From: Candidatus Omnitrophota bacterium
GTDB taxonomy: Bacteria; Omnitrophota; Gorgyraeia; Duberdicusellales; Duberdicusellaceae
Assembly (NCBI GenBank): GCA_016932855.1
Contig: JAFGCB010000027.1
Span: 2,721-66,720 of the forward strand
Length of the DNA stretch: 64,000 nt
Direction: 5' to 3'
Below are positions 38,491 to 49,154 of this stretch, in pieces; the first letter of the stretch is position 1, and every line of letters begins with the position of its first letter. Both the position numbers and the translations under genes were made by a program. The notes below the pieces were generated by a model. The model saw only the letters and a program-made list of their open reading frames with translations, ran no database searches and was not told the DNA's origin.

Positions 38491-39726
38491 ATGCAGTTTG
38501 TAGCAGATTTACACATACATTCCAAGTACTCCCGGGCTACCTCGCCCCAGATGGACATACCTAATTTGGCCAAATGGGCAAAGCTTAAAGGGATAAACCT
38601 TTTGGGCACCGGAGATTTCACTCATCATTTGTGGCTGCAGGAGCTTAAGAAGCATCTGGAGCCCCTGGAAGATAAAGGCCTGTACCGTTATAAAGACATA
38701 TATTTTGTGCTATCAGCCGAGATTTCCAGCATTTATTCTCAATCCGGCAGAGTCTACAGGGTCCATAATGTGGTTTTGGCTCCTTCTTTCGAGGTAGCCA
38801 CAGAAATAAATAAGATGCTTTCCTTTTACGGCAACTTGGCTTCGGACGGAAGACCTATACTGGGGATAAGCTGCCTTAAGTTAGCCGAGGAGATTTCCAA
38901 GATATCCAAAGACATAATGCTTATTCCTGCCCACATCTGGACGCCTTGGTTTTCCGTATTCGGTTCAAGCTCAGGGTTTAATTCTTTGGAAGAGGCTTTT
39001 GGCAAGTACACTTTCGTTATTACCGCTCTTGAAACCGGCCTTTCCAGCGACCCGGCTATGAACTGGCGGCTTTCTAAATTAGATAAATTCAGCCTGGTGT
39101 CTAATTCCGATTCGCATTCGCCCTCGCGAATAGGAAGAGAAGCCAATGTATTTGACTGCGAGCTTGATTATTACACTATAAAAGAAGTGCTTAAGACTAA
39201 AGACACCGGTAAATTCCTGTATACGGTAGAGTTTTTCCCCGAGGAAGGAAAGTATCATTACGACGGGCATCGAAACTGCAAAATCCGGTTTCATCCCAAA
39301 GAAACCAAGGAGCATAAAGGTCTTTGTCCTTCCTGCAAAAAACCTTTGACCAGGGGGGTCTTAGGCAGGGTAGACGAGCTAGCGGACAGAGAAGAAGGTT
39401 TTATTCCAAAAAAGGCAATCCCTTTCAAGAGCCTGGTGTCTTTAGACGAGATTATAGCTGAAGCTAGAGGGGTGGGCAAGAATACAAAACAGGTGGAAGA
39501 AGCTTATATGAATTTGATTTCCGGCTTTGGTTCAGAATTCGAGATTCTTGTAAATTTGCCGGAAAAAGAGCTTGTCTCCGGCATGCCCGAAAGAATCGCC
39601 GAAGGTATTCGCAGGGTGCGCAACCGGCAGCTCAATATCCTTCCCGGCTTCGACGGAGAATACGGCACGATTAAGATATTCAGCGAAGAAGAAAAGAAGG
39701 GGAAAGAGCAACTTACTCTTTTTTGA
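38491..39726 (+). CDS. PHP-domain endonuclease, EndoQ-like (deaminated-base DNA repair nuclease family)
   Basis: DLHIHSKYSRATS, NLLGTGDFTH, IPAHIWTPW, ALETGLSSD, SNSDSHSPSRIGREANVF, GKYHYDGHRNC...CPSCKK zinc finger, C-terminal ILPGFDGEYGTIKIF. This motif order follows archaeal EndoQ. Confidence 0.55.
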   Translation: MQFVADLHIHSKYSRATSPQMDIPNLAKWAKLKGINLLGTGDFTHHLWLQELKKHLEPLEDKGLYRYKDIYFVLSAEISSIYSQSGRVYRVHNVVLAPSFEVATEINKMLSFYGNLASDGRPILGISCLKLAEEISKISKDIMLIPAHIWTPWFSVFGSSSGFNSLEEAFGKYTFVITALETGLSSDPAMNWRLSKLDKFSLVSNSDSHSPSRIGREANVFDCELDYYTIKEVLKTKDTGKFLYTVEFFPEEGKYHYDGHRNCKIRFHPKETKEHKGLCPSCKKPLTRGVLGRVDELADREEGFIPKKAIPFKSLVSLDEIIAEARGVGKNTKQVEEAYMNLISGFGSEFEILVNLPEKELVSGMPERIAEGIRRVRNRQLNILPGFDGEYGTIKIFSEEEKKGKEQLTLF

Positions 39727-39727
39727 G

Positions 39728-39855
39728 ACACAGATGATCACATTTCTTAGGGTATCGGGCGTGGGGTATAGGGTATCGGGAAAAGAAATACGATGCCCGA
39801 TACGTGACCCGCGATGCCCGATGCCCAGAACCCTTATTTATTCTTGTAGAGCGAG
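39728..39855. repeat. GC-rich palindromic repeat, family 2 copy 2
   Basis: ACACAGATGATCACATTTCTTAGGGTATCGGGCGTGGGGTATAGGGTATCGGGAAAAGAAATACGATGCCCGATACGTGACCCGCGATGCCCGATGCCC; internal hairpin GTATCGGG-N15-CCCGATAC. Ends at the ATG of the flavodoxin gene. Confidence 0.6.
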
Positions 39856-40347
39856 ATGAAGGCGGCCTTAATATTTTATTCGTTTTCGGGTAATACAAAA
39901 AGAGTTATCGAGCATATAAAAGAAAAACTTGTCTTAAAGAGCATAGAGGTAGAAACTTTTGAAACCAAGCCCCTTTACGAAACAGGAAACTTCTTTAAGC
40001 AATGCTTTGAAGCAGTCAGTAAAACGAAGCCCCTTCTCGCGGGACAGCTTGACTATGATTTGCGGGAATTTGACTTTATACTTGTTGCTTCGCCGGTTTG
40101 GGCCTTCAATATAGCCCCGGCCTTACGCAGTTATTTAGACAAGGCCGAAAATATTAAAGATAAAAAAATATTTTGCCTTTTGACTTACGGAAGCGGTACG
40201 GGTTCTCAAAAGGCCTTAAAGGAACTTAAGGATATTTTAAGGCAAAAAGGGGCTAACCCTGTATCTTCTGTTCTTCTCGCTGGACATAAAACAAAGAATA
40301 AAAATTATTTGGAAGAGAAGCTTAAGGCAGCCGATATCGGGGCATAG
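39856..40347 (+). CDS. Flavodoxin-like fold protein
   Basis: MKAALIFYSFSGNTKRV N-terminal FMN-binding-loop-like motif. 163 aa. Confidence 0.55.
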   Translation: MKAALIFYSFSGNTKRVIEHIKEKLVLKSIEVETFETKPLYETGNFFKQCFEAVSKTKPLLAGQLDYDLREFDFILVASPVWAFNIAPALRSYLDKAENIKDKKIFCLLTYGSGTGSQKALKELKDILRQKGANPVSSVLLAGHKTKNKNYLEEKLKAADIGA

Positions 40348-40408
40348 TATTTTAAAGCGCTGATTGATAATTTTATATTTTGCACCGAGCCATGTTAACA
40401 TAGCCTTT

Positions 40409-40481
40409 GCCCCTGTAGCTCAACAGGATAGAGTACAGGCCTCCGACGCCTGGAGTGGCCGTTCAAGTCGGCCCAGGGGCA
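40409..40481 (+). tRNA. tRNA-Arg (anticodon CCG)
   Basis: Acceptor GCCCCTG/CAGGGGC, anticodon stem-loop CAGGC-CTCCGAC-GCCTG, T-loop GGCCG-TTCAAGT-CGGCC. Confidence 0.85.
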
Positions 40482-40560
40482 CCATAGAAGTCGTAAAGAC
40501 ACAAAGCCACCAAGTCACATTTACCTTTGACCTTGTGACCTGGTGTCCTGGTGACCAAAA

Positions 40561-41046
40561 ATGAATGTAGGGGTAATCGGCGGGTATAGGTGTTCAAAAA
40601 AAGCTTATAAAACCGCTTTTAATCTGGGAAGACTTATAGCTAAGCAAGGCTGGACTTTAATTTGCGGAGGAGGCTTAGGCGTAATGGAGGCGGCTTGCAG
40701 GGGAGCAAAAGAGGAACAGGGCACAACAGTTGGGATTCTGCCGGGATTCGATAAAAGCACAGCAAATAAGTTCCTGGATGTAATAATCCCTACAGGCTTG
40801 GGTTATGCACGCAATATTTTAGTTGTAAGAGCTTGCGACGTTATCGTTGCTGTTAGCGGTAAATACGGCACCTTATCCGAGATAGCCTTTGCCTTGAACG
40901 AAGAAAAAGTAGTTTTAGGAATAGGTACCTGGGATATAAAAGGAGTGCGAAAAGTAAAGAGTCCAAAAGATGCCATAGGCAGAATTAAAAACGAGAAATT
41001 AAAAATGATAAATAAAAAAGAGGAAACGAAAAAACAAGCGCTATGA
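40561..41046 (+). CDS. TIGR00725-type Rossmann-fold protein (LOG/SLOG-like)
   Basis: 161 aa; GGYRCSK...LICGGGLGVMEAACRGA...VIVAVSGKYGTLSEIAFAL pattern typical of the LOG/TIGR00725 family. ATGA overlap with carA. Confidence 0.55.
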   Translation: MNVGVIGGYRCSKKAYKTAFNLGRLIAKQGWTLICGGGLGVMEAACRGAKEEQGTTVGILPGFDKSTANKFLDVIIPTGLGYARNILVVRACDVIVAVSGKYGTLSEIAFALNEEKVVLGIGTWDIKGVRKVKSPKDAIGRIKNEKLKMINKKEETKKQAL

Positions 41047-42170
41047 AAAAAGCATGCATCTTGCTCGAAGACGGATTTTACCAGGAAGGCTTAAGCCTGG
41101 GTGCTGATTCAGAGACAATCGGCGAGGTTGTATTTAATACTTCTATGTCGGGCTATCAGGAGATACTGACTGACGCTTCCTATAAAGGCCAGATTGTTTG
41201 TATGACGTATCCCTTGATAGGAAATTATGGAGTAAATCCCCAGGATGTAGAATCTAGCAGAGTCAGGGTGGACGGCTTCATTATAAAGGAAAGAAGCAGG
41301 ATAGTGTCTAGCTGGCGGGCGGAAAAATCTTTAGAAGAGTATTTAAAGCAGAATAATATCGTAGGCATAGACAGCGTTGATACCCGGGCAATAACCAAGC
41401 GCATAAGGGCCAAAGGTTCTATGAAAGGGTTAATTTCCGCGGTAGATTTCGATACAGGCAGCCTTAAAGAAAAATTAGAGCGATTTCCTTCCATTGTCGG
41501 AAGAGACTTGGTAAAGGAGGTGGTCTGTAGAGAATCTTATCTTTGGGAAGAGGCAACTCAGGAAGAAGAGCCTAAAGAAAAGCCAACGGGAACCGTAGCA
41601 GTGATTGATTGCGGCATTAAGTTTAGCATTTTGAGAAACCTGAAAAATTATTTTGAAAAAATCATTGTTCTGCCCGCCGAGGCTTCCTTGGATAAAATTT
41701 TAGAGCTTAACCCGCAAGGCATACTCTTTTCTAACGGCCCGGGCGACCCCGAGCCTGTATCTTACGCAATAGAACTCGGGCGCAAAGTTATAGAGCGATT
41801 AAGAAATAAAGAGCTTAAAGCCGCTGTTATGGGGATATGTTTAGGTCATCAAATTTTAGGTTTGGCCTTGGGCGGCAAGACCTACAAACTGAAATTCGGG
41901 CATCACGGAGGAAATCACCCGGTTAAAGATTTAAAAACGGGTAAAATTGATATCACCTCGCAGAATCATAATTTCTGCCTCGATATCCAAACCCTGCCCC
42001 GGGATTTAGAAGTTACCCACATTAACTTGTACGACAAGACCCCCGAAGGCATGTGTCATAAAAACCTCCCCCTTTTTAGCGTGCAATTTCATCCTGAAGC
42101 AGGCCCCGGCCCCTTTGACGCCAGGTATATATTTGGGAATTTTAAAAAGATGGCTGACAGCCTATCGTGA
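41043..42170 (+). CDS. carA: Carbamoyl-phosphate synthase small (glutaminase) subunit
   Basis: 375 aa; class I GATase catalytic GICLGHQ and HPE. Confidence 0.9.
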   Translation: MKKACILLEDGFYQEGLSLGADSETIGEVVFNTSMSGYQEILTDASYKGQIVCMTYPLIGNYGVNPQDVESSRVRVDGFIIKERSRIVSSWRAEKSLEEYLKQNNIVGIDSVDTRAITKRIRAKGSMKGLISAVDFDTGSLKEKLERFPSIVGRDLVKEVVCRESYLWEEATQEEEPKEKPTGTVAVIDCGIKFSILRNLKNYFEKIIVLPAEASLDKILELNPQGILFSNGPGDPEPVSYAIELGRKVIERLRNKELKAAVMGICLGHQILGLALGGKTYKLKFGHHGGNHPVKDLKTGKIDITSQNHNFCLDIQTLPRDLEVTHINLYDKTPEGMCHKNLPLFSVQFHPEAGPGPFDARYIFGNFKKMADSLS

Positions 42171-42223
42171 TAAATCCTAGACCCGCAACCTTAAAGGGAC
42201 TTAACTGATTAAAGGACAAAAGA

Positions 42224-45200
42224 ATGCCTAAGAGAACCGATATAAAAAAGATACTTATTATCGGATCAGGCCCGATTATAATAAGCCAGGCCTGCGAGTT
42301 TGATTACTCGGGAACCCAGGCCTGCAAGGCTTTAAGGCAGGATGGCTACAAGGTAGTCCTTCTTAATTCCAATCCGGCGACTATCATGACCGATCCTGAT
42401 TTTGCCGATGCTACTTACATTGAACCCATAACCGTTGAAGTATTAGAAAAGATAATTATCAAAGAAAAACCCGATGCCTGTCTTCCTACCTTAGGAGGCC
42501 AGACCGCTTTAAATATCGCCTTCTCAGCGGCTAAGAAAGGAATTTTTGAAAAATACAATGTGGAGCTTATCGGCGCAAACGCCGAATCTATTGCCAAGGC
42601 CGAAGACAGACAGTTGTTCAAAGACGCGATGCTTGCGGCCGGGATTGATCTTCCCCGATCCAAGGTCGTTTACTCTCTTGAAGAGGCGCAGGAGTGCGTA
42701 AAAGAAATAGGCCTGCCCTGCGTAATAAGGCCGGCCTTTACCTTGGGCGGCACCGGCGGAGGAGTCGCTTTTAACGAGGAAGAGTTCATAAATATAATTT
42801 CCCTTGGTCTTAAGCAGAGTTTGATCGAAGAGGTTTTAATTGAAGAGTCGGTTTTGGGTTGGAAGGAATATGAGCTGGAAGTGATGCGGGATAAAAATGA
42901 TAACGTAGTTATTGTTTGTTCTATAGAGAACTTCGATCCCATGGGCGTGCATACAGGAGATTCAATTACGGTAGCGCCCCAGCAGACTTTGACCGATAAG
43001 GAATATCAAAAAATGCGAACCCAGGCCATAAAGGCCATAAGAACCATTGGCGTAGATACCGGAGGTTCAAATATACAATTTGGGATAAATCCCGAAGACG
43101 GCAGGATGGTGATAATTGAGATGAATCCCCGGGTTTCCCGGTCTTCGGCCTTGGCCTCGAAAGCCACCGGTTTTCCCATAGCTAAGATTGCTGCCAAACT
43201 CGCGGTGGGGTACACCCTTGACGAGATTCCCAATGATATCACTAAAGAGACCCCGGCTTCTTTCGAACCCACCATAGATTACTGCGTGGTAAAAATACCT
43301 CGCTGGGCTTTTGAGAAATTCCCCGAAGCAGACCCTACTCTTACCACATCAATGAAGTCCGTAGGAGAGGTGATGGCAATCGGAAGGACCTTTAAGGAGG
43401 CTCTCCAGAAAGGATTAAGGGGTCTTGAGTCAGGCAAGAACGGCCTGGAGTCCGTTATTGACAGCAAGAGATACAGGGTTCAGCCCCAGGAAGTGGAGGC
43501 CCAGATAAGAGCCCACCTTATTAATCCTAACGCGGAAAGAATTTTTTATATAGCCGAAGCCTTAAGGTTTGGGTTTTCCGTGGACGAAATACACAGCCTT
43601 ACCAGCATAGACAAATGGTTTTTAATTAACATAAAAGAAATAATAGACTTCGAAATATACTTAAGGAGCCACAGGGGCCTGGACGCAAAAACTTTGTCCC
43701 GGGCCAAGGAGCTGGGTTTTTCTGATAAGCAGATAGCCGGCATTTTGAATATCGATGAATATAAAACATATTCTTTTCGGCAGCGGCATGAAATTTACCC
43801 GGTGTATAAACTAGTCGATACCTGCGCCGCGGAATTTAAGGCTTATACCCCCTATTATTATTCTACCTATGAACAGGAAGACGAGACATGGATAAGTCCC
43901 GGCGAGAAAGTGGTAATACTGGGAGGCGGCCCCAATAGAATCGGTCAGGGTATCGAGTTTGATTACTGCTGCGTGCACGCTTCATTCGCTTTAAGAGAGG
44001 AAGGCGTTGAATCTTTGATGGTAAATTGCAATCCTGAGACAGTCTCCACCGATTACGACACATCTAGTAAATTATATTTTGAGCCGGTAACTTTGGAGGA
44101 CGTATTAAATATTACACGCAAAGAAAACCCCAAGGGAGTTATTTTGCAGTTTGGCGGTCAAACCCCTCTTAATTTAGCTCTGGGGCTTGATAAAGCCGGC
44201 ATACCTATATTGGGAACAAAGGCTTCTTCTATCGACGCCTCCGAGGACAGAGACAAGTTTAAAAAACTTCTTAATAAAATAGGCCTTAAGCAGGCTCCTT
44301 CGGGCATCGCCAATTCTTTTTACGAGGCAAAAAAAATAGCCAAGGAAATAGGCTTTCCGGTAATGGTTAGGCCTTCTTATGTTTTGGGCGGAAGAGCCAT
44401 GGAGATAGTCTACGACGAGGAAGTTCTTGAGCGATTTGTAAGAGAGGCAATTCTCGCTTCGCCTAACCAGCCAATCCTAATAGACAAGTTTTTGGAGGAC
44501 GCTATCGAAATAGACGTCGATCTTATCGGAGACGGACAGACCTATGTTATCGCAGGCATACTGGAGCACATAGAAGAGGCGGGCATTCATTCCGGAGACA
44601 GCGCCATGTGCATGCCGCCGTTCAGTCTTCCCGACAGGATGATTGAAAGGATTAGACAGGCTACCTATGATTTGGCCAGGGAGCTTAAAATAGTAGGCCT
44701 TATGAATATTCAATACGCGGTCAAATATGATGAGCCTTATGTTTTAGAAGTAAACCCCCGGGCCTCTCGGACAATCCCTTTTGTGTCCAAAGCAATAGGA
44801 GTCCCCCTTGCCAAGCTGGCTACAAAGGTTATGCTGGGGAAGACGTTGGAAGAATTAGGGTTCACTAAAGAAGTTGAACTTCCTTACACCTGCGTCAAGG
44901 AGTCGGTGTTTCCCTTTAACAGGTTTTCGGGAGTAGATATAATGCTGGGTCCTGAGATGAAATCAACCGGAGAGGTGATGGGAATAGCCGAGGATTTCGC
45001 TAACGCCTATTTAAAGAGTCAAATCGCCGCTTCCCAGAGCCTGCCCAAGGAAGGCGCGGTCTTTATAAGTGTTAAAAACAGCGATAAAAGGTCGATGATT
45101 TTTATCGCTAAAAAGCTCAAAGAATTGAATTTCGAAATTCTTGCCACCCAGGGCACAGCCAAAGCTTTAAGGAATAACGGCATAGAGGCGAGGTCTCTTC

Positions 45201-45463
45201 CCCGGATATCCGAAGGAAGGCCGAATATTTTAGATTACATAAAAGACAAAAAAGTTCACTTAATTATTAATACTCCTTCCGGCAGGATTCCCCGCCAGGA
45301 CGAGATAAAGATACGTTCGGAAGCGGTGAGATTCGGTATATCATGCATAACTACTATCTCTGGGGCTCAGACCTCAGTCAGCGCAATAGAAGTGTTACGT
45401 AAGGACATTATTACCGTAAAGTCCATACAAGAGTATCACCGGGAGCTTAAAAAAATTAACTGA
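42224..45463 (+). CDS. carB: Carbamoyl-phosphate synthase large subunit, copy 1
   Basis: 1079 aa; two ATP-grasp halves plus MGS-like C-domain. N-terminus [34 protein letters not shown]. Confidence 0.95.
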   Translation: MPKRTDIKKILIIGSGPIIISQACEFDYSGTQACKALRQDGYKVVLLNSNPATIMTDPDFADATYIEPITVEVLEKIIIKEKPDACLPTLGGQTALNIAFSAAKKGIFEKYNVELIGANAESIAKAEDRQLFKDAMLAAGIDLPRSKVVYSLEEAQECVKEIGLPCVIRPAFTLGGTGGGVAFNEEEFINIISLGLKQSLIEEVLIEESVLGWKEYELEVMRDKNDNVVIVCSIENFDPMGVHTGDSITVAPQQTLTDKEYQKMRTQAIKAIRTIGVDTGGSNIQFGINPEDGRMVIIEMNPRVSRSSALASKATGFPIAKIAAKLAVGYTLDEIPNDITKETPASFEPTIDYCVVKIPRWAFEKFPEADPTLTTSMKSVGEVMAIGRTFKEALQKGLRGLESGKNGLESVIDSKRYRVQPQEVEAQIRAHLINPNAERIFYIAEALRFGFSVDEIHSLTSIDKWFLINIKEIIDFEIYLRSHRGLDAKTLSRAKELGFSDKQIAGILNIDEYKTYSFRQRHEIYPVYKLVDTCAAEFKAYTPYYYSTYEQEDETWISPGEKVVILGGGPNRIGQGIEFDYCCVHASFALREEGVESLMVNCNPETVSTDYDTSSKLYFEPVTLEDVLNITRKENPKGVILQFGGQTPLNLALGLDKAGIPILGTKASSIDASEDRDKFKKLLNKIGLKQAPSGIANSFYEAKKIAKEIGFPVMVRPSYVLGGRAMEIVYDEEVLERFVREAILASPNQPILIDKFLEDAIEIDVDLIGDGQTYVIAGILEHIEEAGIHSGDSAMCMPPFSLPDRMIERIRQATYDLARELKIVGLMNIQYAVKYDEPYVLEVNPRASRTIPFVSKAIGVPLAKLATKVMLGKTLEELGFTKEVELPYTCVKESVFPFNRFSGVDIMLGPEMKSTGEVMGIAEDFANAYLKSQIAASQSLPKEGAVFISVKNSDKRSMIFIAKKLKELNFEILATQGTAKALRNNGIEARSLPRISEGRPNILDYIKDKKVHLIINTPSGRIPRQDEIKIRSEAVRFGISCITTISGAQTSVSAIEVLRKDIITVKSIQEYHRELKKIN

Positions 45464-45474
45464 GAGGAGAAAGT

Positions 45475-48400
45475 ATGCCAAGAAGAGATGATTTGAAGAA
45501 GATTTTGATAATCGGTTCGGGTCCAATTATTATCGGTCAGGCCTGCGAGTTCGATTACTCCGGAACCCAGGCCTGCAAGGCTTTAAAAGAAGAAGGCTAC
45601 GAAGTGGTTTTAGTTAATTCCAATCCGGCGACTATCATGACCGATCCCGGCATGGCTGACAAGACATATATAGAGCCGCTTACGGTTGAAAGTCTTGAAA
45701 AGATAATTGATAAGGAGAGGCCTGACGGGCTTCTTCCGAATCTAGGCGGCCAGACCGGGCTTAATCTTTCGGCCAGTCTTCATAAAAAGGGAATTTTAGA
45801 AAAATACGGAGTTGAAGTAATCGGAGTCAAGACCGATGCTATTGAGCGGGGAGAAGACCGCATTATTTTTAAAGAAACAATGGCTAAGCTCGATATTCCC
45901 GTGCCCCAGTCCAGCCCCTGTCATTCTGTCGAGGAGGCTGAAGAGATTGCCCAGAGGCTTAAATATCCGGTTGTTCTTCGGCCGGCATATACCCTGGGTG
46001 GAACAGGCGGAGGGGTCGCTTACAACGTAGAAGAGTTAAGGGTTATTGTAAACAGGGGCCTTTCAGCCAGCCTGGTTAATCAAGTTTTGGTTGAGGAGTC
46101 TGTCTTGGGCTGGGAGGAGCTTGAGCTTGAAGTGGTAAGGGACCTGAAGGACCGGAAGATAACAGTATGTTTTATTGAAAATGTCGACGCCATGGGCGTA
46201 CACACCGGCGATAGCTTTTGTGTTGCGCCTATGCTTACCGTCCCTGATAATTTACAGATACGCATGCAGGAGCTTTCATACAGAATTGTAGATGCAATAG
46301 GCGTGGTAGGAGGAACCAATATACAGTTTGCCCATAACCTTGAAGATGACAGGCTGGTAGTTATAGAGATTAATCCCCGCACTTCCCGGTCGTCCGCCCT
46401 TGCTTCCAAGGCTACGGGTTTTCCGATTGCCCGTATTTCAACAAAGCTTGCCGCGGGAAGAACCATGGATGAAATCCCCTATTGGCGGGACGGCACCCTT
46501 GAGAAATATACTCCGAGCGGAGATTACGTCGTGGTTAAATTTGCCCGCTGGGCTTTCGAGAAATTTCCCAAGGCCAAAGATATTATAACTACCCAGATGA
46601 AAGCCGTGGGTGAAGTTATGAGCATCGGCAAGACATTTAAGGAGGCCTTTCAAAAATCCATACGTTCCCTGGAAATAAAACGTTACGGCCTGGGAGTCGA
46701 AAAATTTAAAAAATTAAGCCTTGGCCAGTTAAAAGAAAGGTTAGCCGTAGCATCAAGCGAAAGGGTTTTCTTGATGTACGAAGCCTTACGCAAGGGCATT
46801 TCCATAGAAGATCTCTATAAACTGACCCATATAGGCCGCTGGTTTATACAGGAAATGAGGGAGCTGGTTGAGTTTGAAGAGGAGCTTCTTAAGCTTAAGT
46901 GGGATTCTCTTAATGCGGAAACTTTAGCTAAAGCCAAAGAGTGGGGTTTTTCCGATAAATACCTGGCGGACCTTTTTATGGTAAAAGAAAAAGAGGTAAG
47001 AAAAAAAAGGATCGCTATCGGCAAGAAAGCGTACTTTGATTATGTGCCGGTAAGCGGAGTAAAAAAGGCATCTTATTACTATTCGACCTATATCGGCAAA
47101 GACTTGGTGGATGTTTCTTTCAATAAAAAAATAATGATTTTAGGCGGCGGGCCTAACAGAATCGGCCAGGGCATAGAGTTTGATTATACCTGCGTACACG
47201 CAGCTTTTACCTTGAGGGATGAAGGCTATGAGTCAATTATGGTTAACTGTAATCCCGAGACCGTATCCACCGATTACGATACCTCCAACAAGCTTTATTT
47301 CGAACCGCTTACCGTTGAAGATGTATTAGCTATTTACGAGAAAGAAAAGCCTCTCGGCGTCATTGTCCAATTCGGAGGCCAGACCCCTCTTAATATCGCC
47401 CAGGAATTAAAAGACAGCGGGGTAAATATATTAGGGACGACGCCTGAAAGCATTCGCTTTGCCGAAGACAGGGAGCGTTTTAGAGACAAAATGTTTTCTC
47501 TTCATATTCCCCAGCCTGAAAGCGGAACCGCCCGTTCCTTAGAAGAGGCTATAAAAATAGCCGATAGGATCGGCTATCCTCTTATGGTGCGTCCTTCATT
47601 TGTGCTTGGCGGAAGAGGCATGGAGATTATTTACGATAAACAAATGCTTACAAGATATGCCCGGGAAGCCATTGACGTAAGTCCGGAATACCCCATGCTT
47701 ATTGATAGATTTCTTGAGCAGGCTGTTGAGGTTGAGGTCGATGCCTTGTGCGACGGCGAGAAAACTTTTGTAGCCGCGGTCATGGAACATATAGAATTAG
47801 CCGGGGTGCACTCAGGCGATTCGGCCTGCGTTATTCCCCCTCGTAGCATTAAAGAGGAGCATTTAAAAACCATAGAGGAATATACCGATAAAATTGCCCG
47901 CCAGCTTAAAGTAGTCGGCCTTATCAATATTCAGTTTGCCATATGTGATGATAAGGTTTATATTTTGGAGGCAAATCCTAGAGCTTCCCGCACTGTTCCC
48001 TTAGTTTCCAAAGTAATAGGCGTCCCCGTGGCCCGTATTGCAACCCAGCTTATGCTCGGCAAGAAGATCAAGGACTTTCCTCAACTTAAGAAGCGTAAAG
48101 TTTCTTATGTGGGAGTTAAAGAGGCGGTATTTCCTTTTAACATGTTTCCCGAAGTAGACCCTCTTTTAGGCCCTGAAATGAGAGCTACCGGAGAGGTAAT
48201 GGGTATCGCCGATACTTTCGGCCTTGCTTTTTATAAGGCCCAGGAAGCTGCCGGTTCAAAACTTCCCACCGAGGGCAATGTTTTGCTGACCGTAGCCGAC
48301 AAAGACAAGCCTTACTTACTTTCCATAGCCAAAAAAATAAAAGATTCAGGGTTTGCGATATACGCTACCGAAGGCACCAGCCGCTTTCTTGAAGAGCACG

Positions 48401-48711
48401 GCATAGCCAACAGCCGCATAAAGAAAATACACGAGGGAAGGCCTAACATCGCCGACGCAATCAAGAATAAAGACATCCAGCTTATTATCAACACTCCGGT
48501 CGGGCGCAGCAGCAAATACGACGATAGCTATATCAGGACGATGGCCATACAGTATAAGGTTTCTTATATTACTTCTCTTGCCGCGGCTGAGGCCAGTATT
48601 GAGGGAATCCGGGCCGTAGTAAATCATAAGAGTTATCCCAAGTCGCTGCAAGACTATTACAAAGAATGTAATATTGAAACCCCCAGGCAGACTGTTTCCG
48701 AACGTAACTAA
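45475..48711 (+). CDS. carB: Carbamoyl-phosphate synthase large subunit, copy 2 (tandem paralog)
   Basis: 1078 aa, full domain set. N-terminus [34 protein letters not shown]. Identical nucleotide stretches of 34-50 nt shared with copy 1, for example TTAATTCCAATCCGGCGACTATCATGACCGATCC. Confidence 0.9.
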   Translation: MPRRDDLKKILIIGSGPIIIGQACEFDYSGTQACKALKEEGYEVVLVNSNPATIMTDPGMADKTYIEPLTVESLEKIIDKERPDGLLPNLGGQTGLNLSASLHKKGILEKYGVEVIGVKTDAIERGEDRIIFKETMAKLDIPVPQSSPCHSVEEAEEIAQRLKYPVVLRPAYTLGGTGGGVAYNVEELRVIVNRGLSASLVNQVLVEESVLGWEELELEVVRDLKDRKITVCFIENVDAMGVHTGDSFCVAPMLTVPDNLQIRMQELSYRIVDAIGVVGGTNIQFAHNLEDDRLVVIEINPRTSRSSALASKATGFPIARISTKLAAGRTMDEIPYWRDGTLEKYTPSGDYVVVKFARWAFEKFPKAKDIITTQMKAVGEVMSIGKTFKEAFQKSIRSLEIKRYGLGVEKFKKLSLGQLKERLAVASSERVFLMYEALRKGISIEDLYKLTHIGRWFIQEMRELVEFEEELLKLKWDSLNAETLAKAKEWGFSDKYLADLFMVKEKEVRKKRIAIGKKAYFDYVPVSGVKKASYYYSTYIGKDLVDVSFNKKIMILGGGPNRIGQGIEFDYTCVHAAFTLRDEGYESIMVNCNPETVSTDYDTSNKLYFEPLTVEDVLAIYEKEKPLGVIVQFGGQTPLNIAQELKDSGVNILGTTPESIRFAEDRERFRDKMFSLHIPQPESGTARSLEEAIKIADRIGYPLMVRPSFVLGGRGMEIIYDKQMLTRYAREAIDVSPEYPMLIDRFLEQAVEVEVDALCDGEKTFVAAVMEHIELAGVHSGDSACVIPPRSIKEEHLKTIEEYTDKIARQLKVVGLINIQFAICDDKVYILEANPRASRTVPLVSKVIGVPVARIATQLMLGKKIKDFPQLKKRKVSYVGVKEAVFPFNMFPEVDPLLGPEMRATGEVMGIADTFGLAFYKAQEAAGSKLPTEGNVLLTVADKDKPYLLSIAKKIKDSGFAIYATEGTSRFLEEHGIANSRIKKIHEGRPNIADAIKNKDIQLIINTPVGRSSKYDDSYIRTMAIQYKVSYITSLAAAEASIEGIRAVVNHKSYPKSLQDYYKECNIETPRQTVSERN

Positions 48712-48747
48712 GCCCCTTATTTTTAAACAATATTTTCCCAAAGAGAA

Positions 48748-49143
48748 ATGAAGGTTGTAAGTGTATCTACTTCCAAGAGGGTTGAGTTTATCGATATTAC
48801 CTCGAGGATAGAAGAGATAATTATCAAGGATAAAATTAATAAAGGGCTCTGCTTTATTTTCTGTCCCCATACAACCGCCGGGCTTACCATCAACGAGAAC
48901 GCCGACCCTTCGGTAAGAAAAGATATTATTGAGCAACTGGAAGATATGGTCCCCTCTGATAAAAGCTACTCCCATTCGGAAGGAAACGCTGATTCCCATG
49001 TAAAAGCTAGCTTGATGGGTTCTTCTTTGAATGTAATTATTGAAGACTCAAGTCTTAAGCTTGGGACCTGGCAGGGGATATATTTCTGTGAATTTGACGG
49101 CCCGCGCAAAAGACAAGTTTATGTAAAGCTGGTCGATTGTTAG
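48748..49143 (+). CDS. YjbQ family protein (UPF0047)
   Basis: 131 aa; ...CPHTTAGLTINENADPSVRKD...HVKASLMGSS... matches YjbQ conserved blocks. Confidence 0.7.
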   Translation: MKVVSVSTSKRVEFIDITSRIEEIIIKDKINKGLCFIFCPHTTAGLTINENADPSVRKDIIEQLEDMVPSDKSYSHSEGNADSHVKASLMGSSLNVIIEDSSLKLGTWQGIYFCEFDGPRKRQVYVKLVDC

Positions 49144-49154
49144 AGGAGAATTAA

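Noticed and set aside
40364-40564. 66-aa plus-strand ORF
   Set aside because: Its body is the tRNA-Arg gene and flanking hairpins.
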